A stretch of DNA of 64,000 nucleotides from Gammaproteobacteria bacterium (lineage in GTDB: Bacteria > Pseudomonadota > Gammaproteobacteria > Eutrophobiales > Eutrophobiaceae). A program made the position numbers and the translations under genes. The DNA is taken from positions 2,624,001-2,688,000 of the forward strand of contig OZ220696.1 in NCBI GenBank assembly GCA_965116495.1. Direction: 5' to 3'. The notes under the pieces are model-generated. The model had not been told where the DNA came from and made no database searches. It saw only the letters and a program-made list of their open reading frames with translations. Below are positions 50,836-62,783 of this stretch, one piece after another; position 1 is the first letter of the stretch; the number at the start of each line of letters is the position of its first letter.

Positions 50836-52410
50836 ATGTCTTTCCGTAAAAGCAGGTTTTCGCGCAGACAACTGCTTGAATATGCCTCGATGCTCGCTGT
50901 GGGTTCTTTCTTCTGCCCTGCGAGACAGACATATGCAAACCGAGCCATAAATTTTACCGATTATCCATTTAAACTCGGAGTCGCATCCGGTGACCCTGTC
51001 TCAGAGGGGATTGTGTTGTGGACCCGCCTGGCGCCTGAGCCGTATGATTTAATCGCACTGCCACAACAATCGATCCCGGTTGCCTGGCAGGTAGCAGAAG
51101 ATGAGAAAATGCGCAAGGTGGTGCAGTCGGGAACCAGCTTTGCCCATGCGGAGCACGCTCACTCCGTGCACGTGGAAGTTCACGGCCTCAAACCTGACAG
51201 GGAATATTTCTATTGTTTCATTGCAGGAAAAGAAAAGAGCCCGGTAGGCAGGACGCGTACCTTACCGCTGATGGGGAAGCGCCTGCAGGATTTTCGTTTT
51301 GCATTTGCCTCCTGCCAGGATTTTACCAACGGCTATTTTGCGGCTTATCACGATATGGTCCGCCAGGACCCCCAACTCATTGTCCACACCGGCGATTATA
51401 TCTATGAAAGTATTTATAAAGATGGGGTGCGTCGTATTCCCGTGCCCGTTGCCATAACGCTGGACGATTACCGACTCCTGCACGCCTGTTATAAACTGGA
51501 CCCCCATTTACAAGAAGCACATGCCGCGGCGCCCTGGTTGCTGATCTGGGATGATCATGAAGTGGAAAACGACTGGGGCGGCAATTACTCTGAAAGTATT
51601 TCCGACCCGGAAAGATTCCTGAAACGGAAAACAGCAGCGATTAAGGCCTATTGCGAACATCTGCCGCTTCGCCTGTCAACCAGGAGACAGCGTAGCGGGG
51701 TGCGCATTCACCAACGTACGGTCATCGGAGACCTGATTGAATTTAATCTGTTGGATTGTCGCCAATACCGCGACCAACCACCGTGCCAGGATGAGACCGG
51801 CCAGGCGCCCATTCAGTTCAGGCACTGCGCTGAAGCGCTGTCCCATGATCGTTCCATGCTGGGCCTGAAACAGGAAGATTGGCTAAGACAAGGATTCGGA
51901 CACTCAGGCGCAAAATGGAATACATTGGTGCAATCAACTTATATGGCGCCGTTCGATTATGTACAAGGCGCAGATACCGGCTACAAAACCGATGGCTGGG
52001 ACGGCTATGCCGCCTCACGCCAGCGAATTCTTGACATGATAGTAAATAAGCACGTCGAAAACCCGGTTAGCATAGGCGGTGAGATTCATGCATTTTATGC
52101 CGGTGTAGTGAATGCCGATGCCTTTGACTTCGATTCTCCGCCGGCACTCAGTGAGGTGCTCTGTACGTCGATCTCATCTGGTGGTGGTGGCGATCAGCGC
52201 TATACCAAAACGCTGGACCTGTTCTCCGAAAACCCTTTTGCCCGCTTTTTTGAGAACAGGGTTCGAGGTTACACGCTGTGTAATGTAAATCATCGGCGCT
52301 GGCATACGGCATTGCGGGCAATAGAGGATGTACAGGACCCGACTTCACCAGGCTCAGCCCTCAAGGAACTGGTGATAGAGGCGGGGAAGGTTGAGGTGTC
52401 ACCTGTATGA
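50836..52410 (+). CDS. phoD: alkaline phosphatase D (Tat-exported)
   Basis: SRRQLL, FKLGVASGDP, GDYIYE, WDDHEVEND, DGWDGY. Confidence 0.93.
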   Translation: MSFRKSRFSRRQLLEYASMLAVGSFFCPARQTYANRAINFTDYPFKLGVASGDPVSEGIVLWTRLAPEPYDLIALPQQSIPVAWQVAEDEKMRKVVQSGTSFAHAEHAHSVHVEVHGLKPDREYFYCFIAGKEKSPVGRTRTLPLMGKRLQDFRFAFASCQDFTNGYFAAYHDMVRQDPQLIVHTGDYIYESIYKDGVRRIPVPVAITLDDYRLLHACYKLDPHLQEAHAAAPWLLIWDDHEVENDWGGNYSESISDPERFLKRKTAAIKAYCEHLPLRLSTRRQRSGVRIHQRTVIGDLIEFNLLDCRQYRDQPPCQDETGQAPIQFRHCAEALSHDRSMLGLKQEDWLRQGFGHSGAKWNTLVQSTYMAPFDYVQGADTGYKTDGWDGYAASRQRILDMIVNKHVENPVSIGGEIHAFYAGVVNADAFDFDSPPALSEVLCTSISSGGGGDQRYTKTLDLFSENPFARFFENRVRGYTLCNVNHRRWHTALRAIEDVQDPTSPGSALKELVIEAGKVEVSPV

Positions 52411-52733
52411 TTCATTTGCCCTGCCAATACAAAATAAACATCCCTGTTTAAAGTCTCTCCCAGGGGGCAGGCGTTGCACCACTACCAGTCAAGACCGCCA
52501 CTATGCCAGGTGAGATTATTTATGCGTGTCAACTATGAAACAGAACCACTCTCCCCCGAGCGAGGAGAACAAACACAGGATCACCAGGCGGCAATAACCA
52601 ATAAAACGTCTGCCGGAGGGACCAACCCCATCTACCCAGGTGATATCCCTGGTAGTGGCGATAGTGCAATAGAACAGGTTGTCAATAAGCCAAAGTTTGA
52701 CATCTGATGTGTAGTTAACTAGCATCATGCATC

Positions 52734-52970
52734 ATGCGTACTACCATCAACATTGCAACGCCGATTCTCGAGGAACTGAGGAAGATCCAGAGTAAGGAGG
52801 GTGGTTCCCTCGGGCAGATTGTTTCCAGGCTGCTGGCTGGCGCACTTAAGGCGCAGCAGCCTCAAGTGAGTGAACCCAGACCCGATTGGGTCAGTAAGCC
52901 AATGCGCGCGCGAGTAGACCTTGCTGACAAGGATTCCGTCTACGCGCTCCTTGACGAAGATTCTCCTTGA
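52734..52970 (+). CDS. VapB-like antitoxin
   Basis: MRTTINI RHH-like start; coupled to PIN toxin. Confidence 0.8.
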   Translation: MRTTINIATPILEELRKIQSKEGGSLGQIVSRLLAGALKAQQPQVSEPRPDWVSKPMRARVDLADKDSVYALLDEDSP

Positions 52971-53404
52971 GCTACACCATCGACGCCAATATCCTGCTCT
53001 ACGCCTCAGATCGGACATCGCCGTTCCATGTGGCAGCAGCAGACTTCCTGCGCAACCGTTCGGATGACCCGGAGATCTTATGTCTGACATGGCCGACCAT
53101 TATGGGCTATATCAGACTGGCGACCCATCCGAGAATATTCGATGACCCCATGAGTCCGCGAGAGGCAATCGACAATATTGCCCGCTTGATGCAGATGCCG
53201 CGCTGTCGCGTTGTGGTGGAGAATGAGGATTTTCTGACCAGCTTTCGCGAAATCGTTGCCGGGGTTACAACCCGTGGGAATCTCGTGCCTGACGCGCACC
53301 TTGCCGCTATGATGCGCGTCCACGATATTCGTACTATTTATACACACGACCGGGATTTTCTAAAGTTCGCTTTCCTGAAGGTCATCGACCCGGTCGCTCG
53401 ATAA
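52967..53404 (+). CDS. VapC PIN-domain toxin
   Basis: [26 protein letters not shown]. Confidence 0.9.
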   Translation: MSYTIDANILLYASDRTSPFHVAAADFLRNRSDDPEILCLTWPTIMGYIRLATHPRIFDDPMSPREAIDNIARLMQMPRCRVVVENEDFLTSFREIVAGVTTRGNLVPDAHLAAMMRVHDIRTIYTHDRDFLKFAFLKVIDPVAR

Positions 53405-53411
53405 CTGCCAG

Positions 53412-55103
53412 ATGGATACACGAATCAGCTTTGTCAGCGGCACCGGCAACAAACCGCTGATTTACCGGACAATCGGCAATGCCTTGCAGATGACCGCGGA
53501 GACGTTCCCGGAGCAGGAAGCCCTGGTCGTCTGCCACCAGGACATCCGCTGGACCTACCAGGAACTGAACCGGCGGGTGGATGATTTTGCTGCCGGCTTG
53601 ATCGCACTGGGTTTTGAACCCGGAGACCGGATCGGTATCTGGGCGCCCAACTGTGCCGAATGGGTGCTCACCCAGTTTGCCACGGCCAGGGCGGGCCTTA
53701 TCCTGGTCAACATCAATCCTGCTTATCGCACCCATGAACTCGAATACGCCTTGAACAAGGTAGCCTGCAAGGGGCTGGTGACTGCCTCCCGGTTCAAGAG
53801 CAGTGATTATCTTGCCATGTTGACGGAACTGGCGCCGGAATTGATTTCAGCCTCACCGGGGCAGTTATCCTCCCGCAGGTTGCCCCACCTGAAGACAGTC
53901 ATACGGTTGGGCGACGAGGTATCTCCCGGCTGTCACAACTTCGATACTCTATCGGCGCTGGCCGGCAGCACCGAAAAACAGCGAGTGACTGCGCTTGCTT
54001 CGCTGCTGCAACCCGATGACGCCATTAATATCCAGTTCACCAGCGGCACGACCGGCTCACCAAAAGGGGCGACCCTGACCCATTTCAATATCCTCAACAA
54101 CGGTTATTTCGTGGGTGAAGCAATGAGAGTCACGGAACAGGACAGGGTCTGTATCCCGGTGCCGTTTTATCATTGCTTCGGCATGGTGCTGGGCAACCTG
54201 AACTGTATCACCCATGGCGCTGCCATGGTCATACCCAATGACGGTTTCGACCCCGCCCTGACCCTGGCGACGGTGGATGCAGAGAAATGTACGGCCTTGT
54301 ACGGCGTTCCCACCATGTTTATCGCCGAACTGGACCTGCCGGACTTTTCCGGTTATGACCTGACCAGCCTGCGTACCGGTATCATGGCCGGGTCTTCCTG
54401 TCCAATCGAAGTGATGAAACGGGTTGTTGCCGAGATGAACATGAGCGAGATAACCATCGCTTACGGCATGACGGAGACCAGTCCGGTCAGTTTCCAGAGC
54501 AGCACTGATGATCCGCTGGAGCGCCGGGTATCCACCGTAGGCCGCGTGCATCCCCATGTACAGGTCAAGATCATCGATCAGGCGGGGCGCACGGTACCCG
54601 TTGGTGAAAAGGGAGAACTGTGCACCCGGGGTTACAACGTCATGCCAGGTTACTGGGACGACCCGGACAGGACCGGGGAAGCCATTGACACAGCCGGCTG
54701 GATGCATACCGGCGACTTGGCCGTTCTCGACATGGAAGGTTATTGCAATATTGTCGGGCGCGTGAAAGACATGGTGATTCGCGGAGGGGAGAATATCTAC
54801 CCGCGCGAGGTCGAGGAATTCCTGTATAGCCATGAAAAGATCCAGGACGTAACCGTATTCGGTGTGCCGGATCATAAATACGGAGAGCAACTGTGTGCCT
54901 GGATTAAACTGAAGCAGGGACAGGAGGCCGACGCGGCAGAGATCAAGGCGTTCTGCAAAAACAGGATTGCCCACAACAAGGTGCCGCACTACGTCCGGTT
55001 TGTCGACGAGTTCCCCATGACAGTCACCGGCAAGGTGCAGAAGTTCATCATGCGTGACCGGATGAGCGAGGAGTTGGAGCTGACGGTACAGGAAACCGCG
55101 TGA
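53412..55103 (+). CDS. AMP-binding acyl-CoA synthetase
   Basis: [32 protein letters not shown]. Confidence 0.93.
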   Translation: MDTRISFVSGTGNKPLIYRTIGNALQMTAETFPEQEALVVCHQDIRWTYQELNRRVDDFAAGLIALGFEPGDRIGIWAPNCAEWVLTQFATARAGLILVNINPAYRTHELEYALNKVACKGLVTASRFKSSDYLAMLTELAPELISASPGQLSSRRLPHLKTVIRLGDEVSPGCHNFDTLSALAGSTEKQRVTALASLLQPDDAINIQFTSGTTGSPKGATLTHFNILNNGYFVGEAMRVTEQDRVCIPVPFYHCFGMVLGNLNCITHGAAMVIPNDGFDPALTLATVDAEKCTALYGVPTMFIAELDLPDFSGYDLTSLRTGIMAGSSCPIEVMKRVVAEMNMSEITIAYGMTETSPVSFQSSTDDPLERRVSTVGRVHPHVQVKIIDQAGRTVPVGEKGELCTRGYNVMPGYWDDPDRTGEAIDTAGWMHTGDLAVLDMEGYCNIVGRVKDMVIRGGENIYPREVEEFLYSHEKIQDVTVFGVPDHKYGEQLCAWIKLKQGQEADAAEIKAFCKNRIAHNKVPHYVRFVDEFPMTVTGKVQKFIMRDRMSEELELTVQETA

Positions 55104-55115
55104 GCGGCTTACAGA

Positions 55116-56561
55116 CTATTCCGCCAGTCTCGCCGTCAGTAATTGGTTGACCTGTTTCGGGTTGGCCTTGCCTCTGGATTTTTTCATTACCTGCCCCACG
55201 AAATAGCCGATCATTTTCCCCCGTTTATCCGCTGCGGCATTGCGGTACTGTTGCACTTGCGCGTCGTTTCCGGCAATGACCTCATCCACCAGCCTGCCTA
55301 TTTCAGCGCTGTCGGTAAGCTGTTTCAGCCCCTGTTTTTCTATGATGTCGTCGACAGCGCCCTCACCCTCCCATAAGGCCTCGAATACCTGCCTGGCGAT
55401 TTTGTTTGAGATGGTGCCATCGACAATGCGCGTTACGAGTCCTGCCAGCATTTTTGCGCTCACGTTAGCGTCATTGATGCCGATATTATTCCGGTTCAGG
55501 GCAGCGCCCAATTCACCCATGATCCAGTTTGCAACCAGTTTGGCTTCACCCTGGGCGGCGCTCAGGGCAGCCTCAAAATAATCAGCCGTCTCCCTGTTCG
55601 CGACCAGGTAGCCGCTGTCATATTCCGACAGGCCAAATTCTTCCATGAAACGCTGCTGTTTCTGTTCCGGCAACTCCGGCAGTTGTTGCCTGACGGCTTC
55701 GATGTAGTCATCATCAATCACTACGGGAGGCAGGTCAGGGTCCGGGAAGTAGCGGTAATCGTTCGCCTCTTCCTTGCCTCGCATCGAGCGGGTTTCATTT
55801 TTATCGGGGTCGAACAAACGGGTCTCCTGCACTACCTCATTACCTGATTCGACCAGATCGATTTGCCTGCTTATCTCGTGGTTTATCGCCTGTTCGACAA
55901 AGCGGAAGGAGTTGATATTCTTTACCTCTGCCCGGGTTCCCAACCTGGTTTCACCTGCGGGCCTGATCGATACGTTGGCATCGCAGCGGAATGAACCCTC
56001 CTGCATGTTCCCGTCGGAGATCTCCAGGTAACGAACCAGGGAGTGGATTTTTTTCATGAATGCAACCGCTTCCCCGGCGGAACGCAAATCCGGTTCCGAA
56101 ACTATCTCAACCAGCGGCGCACCGGCGCGATTCAGATCAATAGCGGTAAAACCGGAGAAACCTTCATGGATGGATTTGCCGGCATCTTCCTCCAGGTGCG
56201 CCCGGGTAATACCTATCTCCCTGGTTATGCCGTCATGCCGGATATGTAATTTACCCGCGCTGACGATTGGCAATTCATACTGGCTGATCTGGTAGCCTTT
56301 GGGGAGATCGGGGTAAAAATAATTTTTCCTGGCAAATACGGACCGTTTTGCAATGGTTGCATCAATTGCAAGGCCGAATTTGACCGCCATGCGTATCACT
56401 TCTTCATTGCTGACCGGCAATACGCCGGGAAGTCCCAGGTCAACGGCACATGCCAGGGTATTGGCGGTTGCGCCGAACCGGTTGGCCGCGCCCGAGAATA
56501 TTTTACTCTGCGTAGCCAACTGCACGTGTATTTCAAGGCCAATAACGGATTCCCATTGCAT
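55116..56561 (-). CDS. gatB: Asp/Glu-tRNA amidotransferase subunit B
   Basis: [36 protein letters not shown]. Confidence 0.97.
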   Translation of the reverse strand: MQWESVIGLEIHVQLATQSKIFSGAANRFGATANTLACAVDLGLPGVLPVSNEEVIRMAVKFGLAIDATIAKRSVFARKNYFYPDLPKGYQISQYELPIVSAGKLHIRHDGITREIGITRAHLEEDAGKSIHEGFSGFTAIDLNRAGAPLVEIVSEPDLRSAGEAVAFMKKIHSLVRYLEISDGNMQEGSFRCDANVSIRPAGETRLGTRAEVKNINSFRFVEQAINHEISRQIDLVESGNEVVQETRLFDPDKNETRSMRGKEEANDYRYFPDPDLPPVVIDDDYIEAVRQQLPELPEQKQQRFMEEFGLSEYDSGYLVANRETADYFEAALSAAQGEAKLVANWIMGELGAALNRNNIGINDANVSAKMLAGLVTRIVDGTISNKIARQVFEALWEGEGAVDDIIEKQGLKQLTDSAEIGRLVDEVIAGNDAQVQQYRNAAADKRGKMIGYFVGQVMKKSRGKANPKQVNQLLTARLAE

Positions 56562-58018
56562 TATTGCTGCAGACCCTCCGGTACCTGTTTATGCCAGTCA
56601 GTCATCAACTGGTACTGGTGTGCAACATTCAACAGCCTGGCTTCATGGAAATAATTGCCGATGAGCTGCATGCCGATCGGCAGGCCGTTACTGAACCCAG
56701 CAGGGATTGATATGGCCGGCAACCCGGCGAGATTGACGGATACGGTATAAATATCGGACAGGTACATTGAGATCGGATCGTCGATTCGGGAACCCAGGGG
56801 AAATGCCGGCGACGGTGTCGTAGGGGTCACGATTACGTCAACCTGGTCCAGGGCGGCGCGGAACTCATCCCGCAACAGGCGCCTCAAGCGCTGTGCCTTG
56901 AGATAATACGCATCGTAGTATCCTGCAGACAATACATAAGTCCCAGTCATGATCCTGCGCTTGACCTCACTGCCGAACCCCTCACCGCGGGAGCGGCAAA
57001 ACAGGTCATTGATATCCCCGGGGGTTTCACAGCGATGGCCGAAGCGCACGCCGTCGTAACGGGACAGGTTTGAAGAGCATTCAGCCGAGGCTATCACGTA
57101 GTAAACCGGTATGGACAACCCGGTATGGGGTAATTCCATGTCGATAATCGACGCGCCCGCCTGTTCAAATAAATTCAATGCGGCGCTGAGCGCGTCGGTA
57201 ACGGGCTGTTCCAGTTCGGAGGAGAAGTATTCCTTTGGCAGACCGATTTTCAGCCCCTTGATTTCGTTGTTTAGCGCCTCCAGGTAATTATCGACCCTGA
57301 CATTGGCGCTGGTTGCGTCTTTCGGGTCGAACCCGGCCAGGGCAGCCAGCAACATAGCCGCGTCCTGTGCGGTCTGCGTGATGGGGCCACCCTGGTCCAG
57401 GCTGGAGGCATAGGCGATCATGCCGTAACGGGATACCCGTCCATAAGTCGGTTTCAGCCCTGTTACGCCGCATAATGCCGCAGGTTGCCTGATCGACCCT
57501 CCCGTATCCGTTGCAGTCGCCGCCGGCACCAGTCTGGCGCTGACTGCGCAGGCCGACCCGCCTGAAGAACCGCCCGGCACCCGGTCAGTATCCCACGGAT
57601 TTTTGACGGGACCGTAAAAACTGGTTTCGTTGGAAGACCCCATGGCAAACTCATCCATGTTGGTCTTTCCCATCATGATACTGCCGGCTGAATTGAGCCT
57701 GTCAGTTACGGTGGCGTTGTAGGGGGCAATAAAGTTGTCCAGTATTTTTGATGCACAACTGGTTTTGAATCCCGCAGTACAAAAAATATCCTTGTTGGCT
57801 ATGGGCAGGCCGGTCAGGGGGCCGGCCTCGCCCGCGGCGATCAGCCTGTCTGCCTCGCCAGCCTGCTCAAGCGCATAATCGGGGAACAATGAAATGAAAC
57901 AGTTCAGGTCGCCGTTGAATTGTTCAGCCCGGTCCAGACAGGATTTGACAAGCTCCGTGCTGCTTATCTCCTGCCCGTGCAGCAAGCGGGATAATTCCGC
58001 GAGCGTATAACCAAACAT
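56561..58018 (-). CDS. gatA: Asp/Glu-tRNA amidotransferase subunit A
   Basis: [30 protein letters not shown]. Confidence 0.97.
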   Translation of the reverse strand: MFGYTLAELSRLLHGQEISSTELVKSCLDRAEQFNGDLNCFISLFPDYALEQAGEADRLIAAGEAGPLTGLPIANKDIFCTAGFKTSCASKILDNFIAPYNATVTDRLNSAGSIMMGKTNMDEFAMGSSNETSFYGPVKNPWDTDRVPGGSSGGSACAVSARLVPAATATDTGGSIRQPAALCGVTGLKPTYGRVSRYGMIAYASSLDQGGPITQTAQDAAMLLAALAGFDPKDATSANVRVDNYLEALNNEIKGLKIGLPKEYFSSELEQPVTDALSAALNLFEQAGASIIDMELPHTGLSIPVYYVIASAECSSNLSRYDGVRFGHRCETPGDINDLFCRSRGEGFGSEVKRRIMTGTYVLSAGYYDAYYLKAQRLRRLLRDEFRAALDQVDVIVTPTTPSPAFPLGSRIDDPISMYLSDIYTVSVNLAGLPAISIPAGFSNGLPIGMQLIGNYFHEARLLNVAHQYQLMTDWHKQVPEGLQQ

Positions 58019-58036
58019 GAAAAAGACTATCTCTCG

Positions 58037-58324
58037 CTATTCAACGAATTTGGGCACTACGTAATAACCGTCCTCTGTCAGGGGGGCGATGTTCTGAAAG
58101 TCGTCCCGCTGGTTTTCCTCACTGACCATGTCAGGACGTAGCCGTGTATCGATTTCCAGCGGATGTGCCAGTGGTTCAATAACAGATGTGTCTACGACCT
58201 GCATTTGTTCCACCAGGGCAAGGATATCGGCCAGGTCTTTTGCATAGCCGGCTATCGCCTGATCTTCTATGGTCAACCTTGCCAGCCAGGCAATATTTCG
58301 TATCTCTGTTTTGTCAAGCGGCAT
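58037..58324 (-). CDS. gatC: Asp/Glu-tRNA amidotransferase subunit C
   Basis: IAWLARL, LRPD, YVVPK. Confidence 0.95.
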   Translation of the reverse strand: MPLDKTEIRNIAWLARLTIEDQAIAGYAKDLADILALVEQMQVVDTSVIEPLAHPLEIDTRLRPDMVSEENQRDDFQNIAPLTEDGYYVVPKFVE

Positions 58325-58428
58325 AAAAGTCCGAATTTTGTTGAACTAACCGCAATCTACCATATTTCCCGGCTTGCCCAAAATACACGTCACTGTTAAA
58401 GTTATGTTTTTTATATGGGCCGGCAAAA

Positions 58429-59478
58429 ATGTTAAACAGGTTAAGAGGGTTTTTCTCCAGCGATTTGTCCATAGATCTGGGTACCGCCAATACCCTGATT
58501 TATGTGCGCGGCAAAGGTATCGTTTTAGACCAGCCTTCTGTGGTCGCGGTAGGGAAGACCGAGCATGGCGCAGTCAACCTGAAAGCTATCCGGGCCGTCG
58601 GTAGCGCGGCCAAGAACATGCTTGGGCGGACTCCTGAGCATATCAAGGCAATCAGGCCATTGAAGGACGGTGTGATCGCTGATTTCACCCTGACCGAAAA
58701 AATGCTGCAGTATTTTATTCATTCCGTCCATGGCGACACTTTTTTCAAACCCAGTCCCAGGGTATTAATCTGTGTGCCTTGCGGTTCGACCCAGGTGGAG
58801 AAAAGGGCAATTCGCGAATCCGCCCTGGGCGCGGGCGCCAGAAAGGTGTACCTGATAGAAGAGCCCATGGCTGCGGCCATGGGTGCAGGAATGCCGGTCG
58901 GTGATGCAAGCGGCTCAATGATTCTGGATATTGGCGGCGGCACAACCGAGGTTGCCGTGATTTCCCTGAACGGTATCGTTTATTCGGCTTCGGTAAGGAT
59001 CGGCGGTGATAAATTCGATGAAGCCATCATAAATTACATACGGCGGAATTACGGTACCCTGATCGGCGAAGCTACCGCCGAAAACATCAAGAAGAAGATA
59101 GGTTGCGCTTTTCCGCCGGATGAGGTCAGTGAAATGGAAATCAGGGGACGCAACCTGGCTGAAGGTATCCCCCGCAGCTTTACGATAAGCAGCAATGAAA
59201 TACTGGAAGCACTGCAGGAGACGTTGTCAGGTATCATCGAAGCGGTTAAGGACGCCCTGGAAAAAACCCCACCCGAACTGGGTTCCGACGTGGTCGAACG
59301 CGGCATTGTACTGACCGGCGGCGGCGCATTGTTACGGGATCTCGACCAACTGTTGATGAAGGAAATCGGATTGTCTGTTATTGTTGCCGAAGATCCCTTG
59401 ACCTGCGTTGTGCGCGGCGGCGGTCGTTTCCTTGAACTGCTTGACGAATTTGGTGACGAGATCCTGGTTTTTGAATAA
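58429..59478 (+). CDS. mreB: rod shape-determining protein MreB
   Basis: [24 protein letters not shown]. Confidence 0.97.
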   Translation: MLNRLRGFFSSDLSIDLGTANTLIYVRGKGIVLDQPSVVAVGKTEHGAVNLKAIRAVGSAAKNMLGRTPEHIKAIRPLKDGVIADFTLTEKMLQYFIHSVHGDTFFKPSPRVLICVPCGSTQVEKRAIRESALGAGARKVYLIEEPMAAAMGAGMPVGDASGSMILDIGGGTTEVAVISLNGIVYSASVRIGGDKFDEAIINYIRRNYGTLIGEATAENIKKKIGCAFPPDEVSEMEIRGRNLAEGIPRSFTISSNEILEALQETLSGIIEAVKDALEKTPPELGSDVVERGIVLTGGGALLRDLDQLLMKEIGLSVIVAEDPLTCVVRGGGRFLELLDEFGDEILVFE

Positions 59479-59501
59479 CCTTCAACGAGGAGCAGCGGTC
59501 T

Positions 59502-60356
59502 ATTAACACATTATTTGTAAAAAGCCTCTCATCACATGTCAAGATTATAATCTTTGTAATGGCTTCGATAGTCTTGATGGTGGTCGACCACAAGAATGAA
59601 CACGTGGAAATTGTGCGGGCCACCATATCAAGTGTTGTTTATCCGCTCCAGTACGCTGCGAGTTTGACCGCTGATCTGCCACGACAAATTTCATTATTGC
59701 TGGTATCCAGAAAAACGTTACAGGAAGAGAACGAAAAACTGCGCCTGGAACAACTGCGCCTGTATTCCAAGCTGCAACGGGTTGCAACACTGGAAGAGGA
59801 AAACCGGCGCCTGAGAACATTGCTGGAGTCATCAGTCGAGTTTTATGAACGGGTGCTGGTGGCGGAACTGGTCGGTGTTGAGCTGGAACCTTTCCGCCAG
59901 CAGATAATCATCAATAAGGGGTTGACTCACGGCGTGTTCAACGGCCAGCCAGTGGTGGATTCGGGCGGTATCATGGGTCAGACAATCCACGTATCTCCGT
60001 TTTCAAGTACCGTACTTTTAATCACCGACCCGACCCATTCGATACCCGTATTGATAAATCGTAACGGACTACGCTCCGTCGCGGTCGGTCTCGGTCAGGA
60101 TAACGTCCTGTCACTGGAACACATTCCGGTTAATGCCGACATCAAGGAGGGAGACCTGCTCGTCTCATCCGGTCTTGGCCGGATATTCCCCAGGGGCTAT
60201 CCGGTAGGAATCGTGTCAAGCATCTCCCGTATACCGGGTGAATTTTTTTCAACCGTGATGGTAACACCCAGTGCAAAGTTCGGTGAGAGCCGGGAGGCAT
60301 TATTACTCTGGCCGGACCAGTCAACTAATGCAACTTCTGACGTCGCAATGAATTAA
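59502..60356 (+). CDS. mreC: rod shape-determining protein MreC (probable ATT start; first ATG at 59559)
   Basis: ENRRLRTLL, SSGLGRIFPRGYPVG; GAGGAG 9 nt before an in-frame ATT. Confidence 0.9.
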   Translation: MNTLFVKSLSSHVKIIIFVMASIVLMVVDHKNEHVEIVRATISSVVYPLQYAASLTADLPRQISLLLVSRKTLQEENEKLRLEQLRLYSKLQRVATLEEENRRLRTLLESSVEFYERVLVAELVGVELEPFRQQIIINKGLTHGVFNGQPVVDSGGIMGQTIHVSPFSSTVLLITDPTHSIPVLINRNGLRSVAVGLGQDNVLSLEHIPVNADIKEGDLLVSSGLGRIFPRGYPVGIVSSISRIPGEFFSTVMVTPSAKFGESREALLLWPDQSTNATSDVAMN

Positions 60357-60844
60357 TGCCTTTAGTCAAACACAACGGTGGATGGATAATCGCCGCCAGT
60401 TTCATTGTGGCGTTGCTGCTGACAACCATTCCGCTCCCGGGATGGTTGTCTGACTGGCGGCCGGCATGGGTTGTCATGATGTTGATTTACTGGTGCCTTG
60501 TGTTGCCCGAGCGGGTGGGTATCGGGATTGCCTGGCTGCTCGGGCTTATGCTGGATGTGCACACCGGGGCACTATTGGGTCAAAATGCCCTGGGACTGGC
60601 CGTAATTGCCTACGTGACGATACGACTGCACAAGCAGATCCGGATATACCCACCGCTGCAACAGTCCGTTCTCATCTGTTTTTACCTGTTATTATTCCAG
60701 TTTCTTGCCCTGTGGATACGCGGGATCGTCGGGGTCCCGCCACAGCATTGGACGTTCTGGGCGCCGGTCGTGAGCACTATGTTATTGTGGCCGATATTTT
60801 TTATTATTATGCGTGGTATACGCCGCAAATATAATGTATTTTGA
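60356..60844 (+). CDS. mreD: rod shape-determining protein MreD
   Basis: RPAW, AWLLGLMLD, LLGQNAL. Confidence 0.95.
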   Translation: MPLVKHNGGWIIAASFIVALLLTTIPLPGWLSDWRPAWVVMMLIYWCLVLPERVGIGIAWLLGLMLDVHTGALLGQNALGLAVIAYVTIRLHKQIRIYPPLQQSVLICFYLLLFQFLALWIRGIVGVPPQHWTFWAPVVSTMLLWPIFFIIMRGIRRKYNVF

Positions 60845-60887
60845 ATGGTAACCCGGAAAAAGACGCGCACCAAACCTTCTTCCCGGT

Positions 60888-62783
60888 GTGCGGAAATTCC
60901 TGAACTCACGCAGTTTGATGGCGGCACAAACCAAGAACAAAGGCCCGGACTGGACAATATATCTGGTTCATAGGCGGATCTATCTCACGGCCGCGCTTGT
61001 CCTGATCGTTACCGCGTTTATCCTGTTACAAATTATCAATTTACAAGTCGTCCAACACGACCATTTCACTACCCTGTCCAAGAGTAATCACATAAAGATC
61101 CTACCGGTCGTGCCTTCCCGGGGATTGATATTCAGCAGCGATGGTGTCCTGCTGGCCGATAATCGCCCCTCGTTCACCTTGGAGATTGTGCCTGAACGTG
61201 TTGCAGATGTAGATGCTCTAATCGAACATTTAAGCAGGCTCATTACAATCACTCCCGATGATATTCAGCGATTCAGGGAATTAAAAAAACGGACCCGCAG
61301 GTTTGAAGGTATTCCCCTCAGGTTACACCTGGACGACGAGGAAGTCGCGCTGACTTCAGTGAATCGGCACCTGCTTCCGGGAGTTGACGTCGTCGCCAGT
61401 CTGGGCCGTTACTATCCCCTGGCCAACAGTCTGTCACACACGATCGGTTACGTGGGAATGATAGATGAAGATGAGTTTGAAAAGCTTAATAAGTCGAATT
61501 ACAGAGGCACAAGCTATATCGGTAAATCAGGGATTGAGAAAGCTTACGAGGACCTGCTGCACGGTCACGTCGGTTACCAGCAGGTTGAGGTAAATGCCCA
61601 GGGAAGAAAAATCCGCGAAATTTACAAGGAGCCTCCCGAACCGAGTAAGGATCTGTACCTGACCATCGATGCTTCCCTGCAGATCCTTGCCGCGCAGGCT
61701 CTCACCGGCAGGCGCGGCGCCATTGCCGCCCTAGACACCAATTCCGGCGCGGTCCTGGTTTCCGCCAGCTCTCCCGGTTACGACCCCAACCTGTTTGTTG
61801 ACGGTATCGACAGGAAGATCTATGCCGACTTGCTGCAATCGAAAGATACGCCTTTATTGAACCGTACGTTGCAGGGCAAATACCCGCCCGGTTCGACGAT
61901 TAAACCAATGCTGGCCCTGGGAGGACTGAAGCTGGGCCTGCGCGAGCCCGAAAGCGAGACCTGGTGTCCGGGCTGGTATTCGCTGAGAGGGAGCACCCGC
62001 CGTTACCGGGACTGGAAAAAGCAGGGGCACGGTCATTTGGACATGGTCAATGCCATCTCCCAGTCCTGCGACGTGTATTTTTACGTCCTTGCCCGTGATA
62101 TGGGTATTGACTGGATCCACCAGACGCTGACGGACTTCGGTTTTGGCAAACCGACAGGCATTGATATCGGAGGCGAAGCAACAGGCCTGGTCCCCTCTAC
62201 ACAATGGAAACGCGAAGCATTGGGACAACCCTGGTATCCCGGTGAAACCCTGATTGCCGGGATAGGCCAGGGCGCCACCCTGGTAACGCCTATCCAGCTG
62301 GCTCTGGCAACGTCGGTCATCGCAAACCGGGGCAAGCTGGTGCGTCCCTACCTGTTGTCGGAAGCAAGGGATTCCTCAACAGGGCAGCAAGTGATCAGGA
62401 CACCAGCCCCTGAAGGCAGGCAGGTGGTATACGCCGGCATTGAGGAATGGGACGTGATTGTTCATTCGATGCAGGAGGTCGTACACGGTGAAAGAGGTAC
62501 TGCGCGAGGTTCCGGCGCAGGTACGGAATATCAATTTGCCGGAAAGACCGGTACGGCACAGGTGATAGCCATCGGACAGGACGAAGAATACGATGAAGAT
62601 GAGATACCGGAAGAATTCCAGGATCATGCTTTGTTTATTGCATTCGCCCCCGTTGAATCACCCGAGATTGCACTGGCCGTGATCGTTGAGAATGGCGGCG
62701 GCGGTTCAAAGACTGCAGCACCGATTGCCAGGGAATTGCTGGATCATTATTTCCGCAGGCGAAACAGGTTTGGAGCAGGATGA
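60888..62783 (+). CDS. mrdA: penicillin-binding protein 2 (start uncertain)
   Basis: PGSTIK, SCD, KTG motifs. Confidence 0.95.
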   Translation: MRKFLNSRSLMAAQTKNKGPDWTIYLVHRRIYLTAALVLIVTAFILLQIINLQVVQHDHFTTLSKSNHIKILPVVPSRGLIFSSDGVLLADNRPSFTLEIVPERVADVDALIEHLSRLITITPDDIQRFRELKKRTRRFEGIPLRLHLDDEEVALTSVNRHLLPGVDVVASLGRYYPLANSLSHTIGYVGMIDEDEFEKLNKSNYRGTSYIGKSGIEKAYEDLLHGHVGYQQVEVNAQGRKIREIYKEPPEPSKDLYLTIDASLQILAAQALTGRRGAIAALDTNSGAVLVSASSPGYDPNLFVDGIDRKIYADLLQSKDTPLLNRTLQGKYPPGSTIKPMLALGGLKLGLREPESETWCPGWYSLRGSTRRYRDWKKQGHGHLDMVNAISQSCDVYFYVLARDMGIDWIHQTLTDFGFGKPTGIDIGGEATGLVPSTQWKREALGQPWYPGETLIAGIGQGATLVTPIQLALATSVIANRGKLVRPYLLSEARDSSTGQQVIRTPAPEGRQVVYAGIEEWDVIVHSMQEVVHGERGTARGSGAGTEYQFAGKTGTAQVIAIGQDEEYDEDEIPEEFQDHALFIAFAPVESPEIALAVIVENGGGGSKTAAPIARELLDHYFRRRNRFGAG

